Shown: in pieces, positions 61,278 to 64,000 of the stretch
Position numbering within the stretch: the stretch's first letter is position 1
How the letters are laid out: each line of letters opens with the position of its first letter
Source of the DNA: a virus
Length of the DNA stretch: 64,000 bases
Virus record (IMG/VR): IMGVR_UViG_3300034152_001291
Coordinates: 1 to 64,000 of that record
Direction: 5' to 3' (one strand)
Program-made: the position numbers and the translations under genes
Notes under the pieces: model-generated
The model's database searches: none
What the model was told of the DNA's origin: nothing
What the model saw: only the letters and a program-made list of their open reading frames with translations

Positions 61278-63890
61278 ATGATCACCGACGAAGGTCTTCT
61301 GATCACGCCTCTGGGGATGGACGTTCCCGAGTGGGGCCCGACGGCCATCCCGCTCCACCCCCGCGCCATGGAGAAGATCGCGTCGGGCATCTACATCCCG
61401 GATCGTCTCCTGGAGTTCATGGACCAGGTTCGGCCGAGGGATGACGGCCGCTACGTTCTTTTGCACGCGATCGGGGCGGGAGAGTATTGGGGATGTTTTC
61501 TGCCGGGCTCCCCTGTATTGACGGAAAGCGGTAGGTACCTTCCCATCGAAAAGATCTCTAAGGGGATGCGGGTGATGGGCCGCAGCGGCCTTTTCAGGGA
61601 AGTCCTCACTACATGGGAATACCGTCATCACCGTAGCGGTGTCCGGATCTCGGTGGAAGGTCTTGTCGATGATATAGGAACAACCCCAAACCACGAATTT
61701 CTCTCCCTCTCACATGAGGAGATTCTGTGCGCAAGAGATCGGACTGCGAGGTGTATTCCGGAGACGCAGGGCGCTCAAGGTATCTGCAAACGCCCCCAGT
61801 CGGTCGCTTGCGCCAAGAAGCCCAGGATCCTGACCGGGAAGTGGAGGCGTGCCGATAGCCTTGCCTTGAAGGATTTTCTGCTGTGCTCCATTCCGAAGCA
61901 CGACGCGCCTGCAATCTTCACCGAGGCGGAGGCTCGAGTAGTCGGTCTCTGGGTTGCTGACGGCAATTTCGTGTCGAATGGTGGTAGTGTCGACCTGGAG
62001 TTCTCAGTCTCCGATTCCGAGGCCTATCTGATCGACGACCTTCGGGCTCTCGGGTCTCCCCAGGTTTATAGAGGGCATGGGGCTTGTAAGTCTGTCCGGT
62101 TGAGGAACCACGAATTAGTGTCCAGAATCTATCGGCTGTTCGGCGAGTATTCTCATGGTAAACGGATTCCCGGAGACTTCGCCCGTCAGCCGGAGAACGT
62201 CATACTGGCTTTCCTTTCCGGCTACTTCGACGGCGATGGTTCTCAAAATCTGAAGGATGGCAGCGCCTACGCCCACACTGTCTCGAAGGATCTGGCTCTC
62301 GGAGTTCAGAGGCTTCTTTGGTCCGTCAGGATTCCGTCCACTGTCTGTCCCGCTCCGAAGGCCTATCATGTTCATTTCTCGCTCAGTAGAGGTAGAAGTC
62401 TGGCCGAGAAGTGTCGGAAATTCCGGAGGCACGCTCCGAAAGGACGGCCGCGTTACAGGCAGTTTTTCATCGATGACTACGTTTGTCTTCCGATTCGAAA
62501 GATGGAGAGATTCGAGATCGACGGCCCGGTCTACGATCTCGAAGTGGAAGAAGAGCACACTTATAACGTGGCTCAAGTCGTCTGTCACAACAGCAACAAA
62601 AATTCGGACTACTTCCCCGAGTGGAGTCTGAAGGGCGAGGAGATGCCTCCGGATGTGAAGGAGTACATCCGGGAGCACCGTCTGCCGATTCCGATCGAGT
62701 ACGGGCACAAGACGTTCGAGAGGTACGGGTATCCTTACTTCCATCACAACAACCACGACCCGATCCATTCGATCGGCGAGCGAGTCTGCTGCTCGGCCTA
62801 CAACGACAGGATGCACCGGGTCGAGCTGATCGTTTTCATCCTGAAGAGAAAGGCCCCAGATGTGATTCGAAGGATCGACCGGGGCGAGCCGGTTCCCTGG
62901 TCAATGGGGGCCAAGTTGCCTTTCGACGTGTGCGTGGTTTGCCGCCACCCGGCCCGGAAGAGGAGCGACTACTGTGAGCACCTTCGAAGCATGCTGGGGA
63001 GGATTCTTCCTGACGGTCAGAGGGTTTTCTCCCTGAACTACTTCCCCAGGTTCTTCGACATCAGCGTGGTGAGCGTTCCGGCGGACCGCAGTGCCTACTC
63101 CTTGAAGAAGGTCGCCTCCTATCTCCAGGAAGGGAAGGCCAGGGTGGTCTGGACCCCGGGCATGGACCACGCGTCGGTAGAGCCGGTCCCCGTGGGAGGT
63201 TCAGAAGAGATGGAAAAGTTCGCCGGCATGCTCGACTACCTGGCGAGCGGAGGGGAGAAGTCCGCGGACATCGAGAAAGAGGTTCCGGCCCAGGAGCCCG
63301 CCAAGGACCTCGGAGAGAGTCCGATCCACCCTGATCTCTGGAAGGTCCTCTACGACATGGCGGCCAAGGATCGCGCCGGGACCCCCGAGATGGAGGGCGG
63401 TCTCCTCTCCAGCCTGAGGAGCGAACCCCTGAGAAAGGCCCTGACCGCCCTCACCTCCCTGGGGATCATGTTGAAGCCCAGGGAGGCTGACAGCCTGATC
63501 GGGGATCAGGAAATGCCAGACGGACTTGACGAAGAGGAACCTTCCTCTAAACTGTTAGATGAGTTGACGGGGCTGGTTCCGGAGCGATCCATGGTCGAGC
63601 CTCATTTCTCGATCAGGATCATCCGGATTCGACGTCCGGATTCGTCCCCTTCGGACATCGTCAAGGAAGGGGGCGCCTACGACAGGTACCTGAAGTGGCT
63701 GAGATCGATCGACCTCGAGAAGTTCGCGGAACTGGCGGAGCGTCCCGAGGTCGAGGCCGCGATGGCCGGGAAGGCGCTGAAAGAGAAAAGCCTGAACTTC
63801 CTGGACAAGACGGCCGGAAGGGACTTCGGTCCTTTCCTTCCTTTCGTCGCAGCCATGATGGTCGAGTCGGATCTCCGACCAACCCCGTAG
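61278..63890 (+). CDS. probable prohead (capsid maturation) protease, intein-containing
   Basis: After splicing: EYWG-SNKNSDYF, FHHNN.DP..IG, WSMG, C..C...CEHL, FFDISVVSVPAD. Confidence 0.75.
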   Translation: MITDEGLLITPLGMDVPEWGPTAIPLHPRAMEKIASGIYIPDRLLEFMDQVRPRDDGRYVLLHAIGAGEYWGCFLPGSPVLTESGRYLPIEKISKGMRVMGRSGLFREVLTTWEYRHHRSGVRISVEGLVDDIGTTPNHEFLSLSHEEILCARDRTARCIPETQGAQGICKRPQSVACAKKPRILTGKWRRADSLALKDFLLCSIPKHDAPAIFTEAEARVVGLWVADGNFVSNGGSVDLEFSVSDSEAYLIDDLRALGSPQVYRGHGACKSVRLRNHELVSRIYRLFGEYSHGKRIPGDFARQPENVILAFLSGYFDGDGSQNLKDGSAYAHTVSKDLALGVQRLLWSVRIPSTVCPAPKAYHVHFSLSRGRSLAEKCRKFRRHAPKGRPRYRQFFIDDYVCLPIRKMERFEIDGPVYDLEVEEEHTYNVAQVVCHNSNKNSDYFPEWSLKGEEMPPDVKEYIREHRLPIPIEYGHKTFERYGYPYFHHNNHDPIHSIGERVCCSAYNDRMHRVELIVFILKRKAPDVIRRIDRGEPVPWSMGAKLPFDVCVVCRHPARKRSDYCEHLRSMLGRILPDGQRVFSLNYFPRFFDISVVSVPADRSAYSLKKVASYLQEGKARVVWTPGMDHASVEPVPVGGSEEMEKFAGMLDYLASGGEKSADIEKEVPAQEPAKDLGESPIHPDLWKVLYDMAAKDRAGTPEMEGGLLSSLRSEPLRKALTALTSLGIMLKPREADSLIGDQEMPDGLDEEEPSSKLLDELTGLVPERSMVEPHFSIRIIRIRRPDSSPSDIVKEGGAYDRYLKWLRSIDLEKFAELAERPEVEAAMAGKALKEKSLNFLDKTAGRDFGPFLPFVAAMMVESDLRPTP
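61494..62591 (+). mobile_element. intein with LAGLIDADG homing endonuclease (366 aa) in protease
   Basis: Starts CFLPGSPV, TPNHEF, GLWVADG and FLSGYFDGDG, ends VYDLEV...VCHN followed by Ser. Confidence 0.92.
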
Positions 63891-63930
63891 AACGGAGGTG
63901 AGAAGGTCTCAACCTTCACAAGGAGGACCC

Positions 63931-64000
63931 ATGAAACTGGACTTCGAAAAGCTGATGACCGAGATCAGGACCAAAGGCCTCGACAAGAAGGCCGAGGCCC
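63931..64000 (+). CDS. start of next head gene (scaffold-like position), truncated by window
   Basis: AAGGAGG RBS; MKLDFEKLMTEIRTKGLDKKAEA. Confidence 0.6.
   Translation, partial: MKLDFEKLMTEIRTKGLDKKAEA

Noticed and set aside
1-64000. Genome-wide TAG recoding
   Set aside because: Many genes (e.g. ending 23191, 39102, 51545, 58066) stop at TAG with the next gene starting right after; only one internal TAG was seen
1-64000. Major capsid, sheath and tube genes
   Set aside because: None recognisable; the capsid gene probably lies beyond the right edge, after the protease and scaffold

Overview
This GC-rich 64 kb window looks like part of a large, probably lytic, tailed dsDNA phage genome. I saw no integrase, rRNA or host housekeeping context. 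The left arm (1-19.9 kb, minus strand) is a dense array of small early/accessory genes: GroES, a DnaQ-like exonuclease, NADAR, DUF4326, DUF5662, many CxxC proteins, duplicated modules and a ~170-nt tRNA-like RNA. The right arm (20-64 kb, plus strand) is a virion module: fibre/Ig-like proteins, probable portal, spike, terminase large subunit and an intein-containing prohead protease. Embedded in it is a 2486-aa single-chain RpoB-RpoC (beta-beta') RNA polymerase with an intein directly after an atypical catalytic motif (NMDFNGD). Three signals together suggest a coherent system. (1) Many otherwise unrelated putative head proteins share an F-x-x-E-(L/M/I)-x-K-I-(A/G/S) leader or repeated K-x-A motifs, a candidate packaging/protease-cleavage code. 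(2) An exact 9-mer, GTCATAAGA, occurs 7 times on the minus strand only, each upstream of leftward genes, and is a candidate promoter for the phage RNAP. (3) Structural genes are instead preceded by sigma70-like TTGnnn-N16-TA(C/T)(A/C)CT promoters. All family assignments come from motif recognition by eye; no searches were run.
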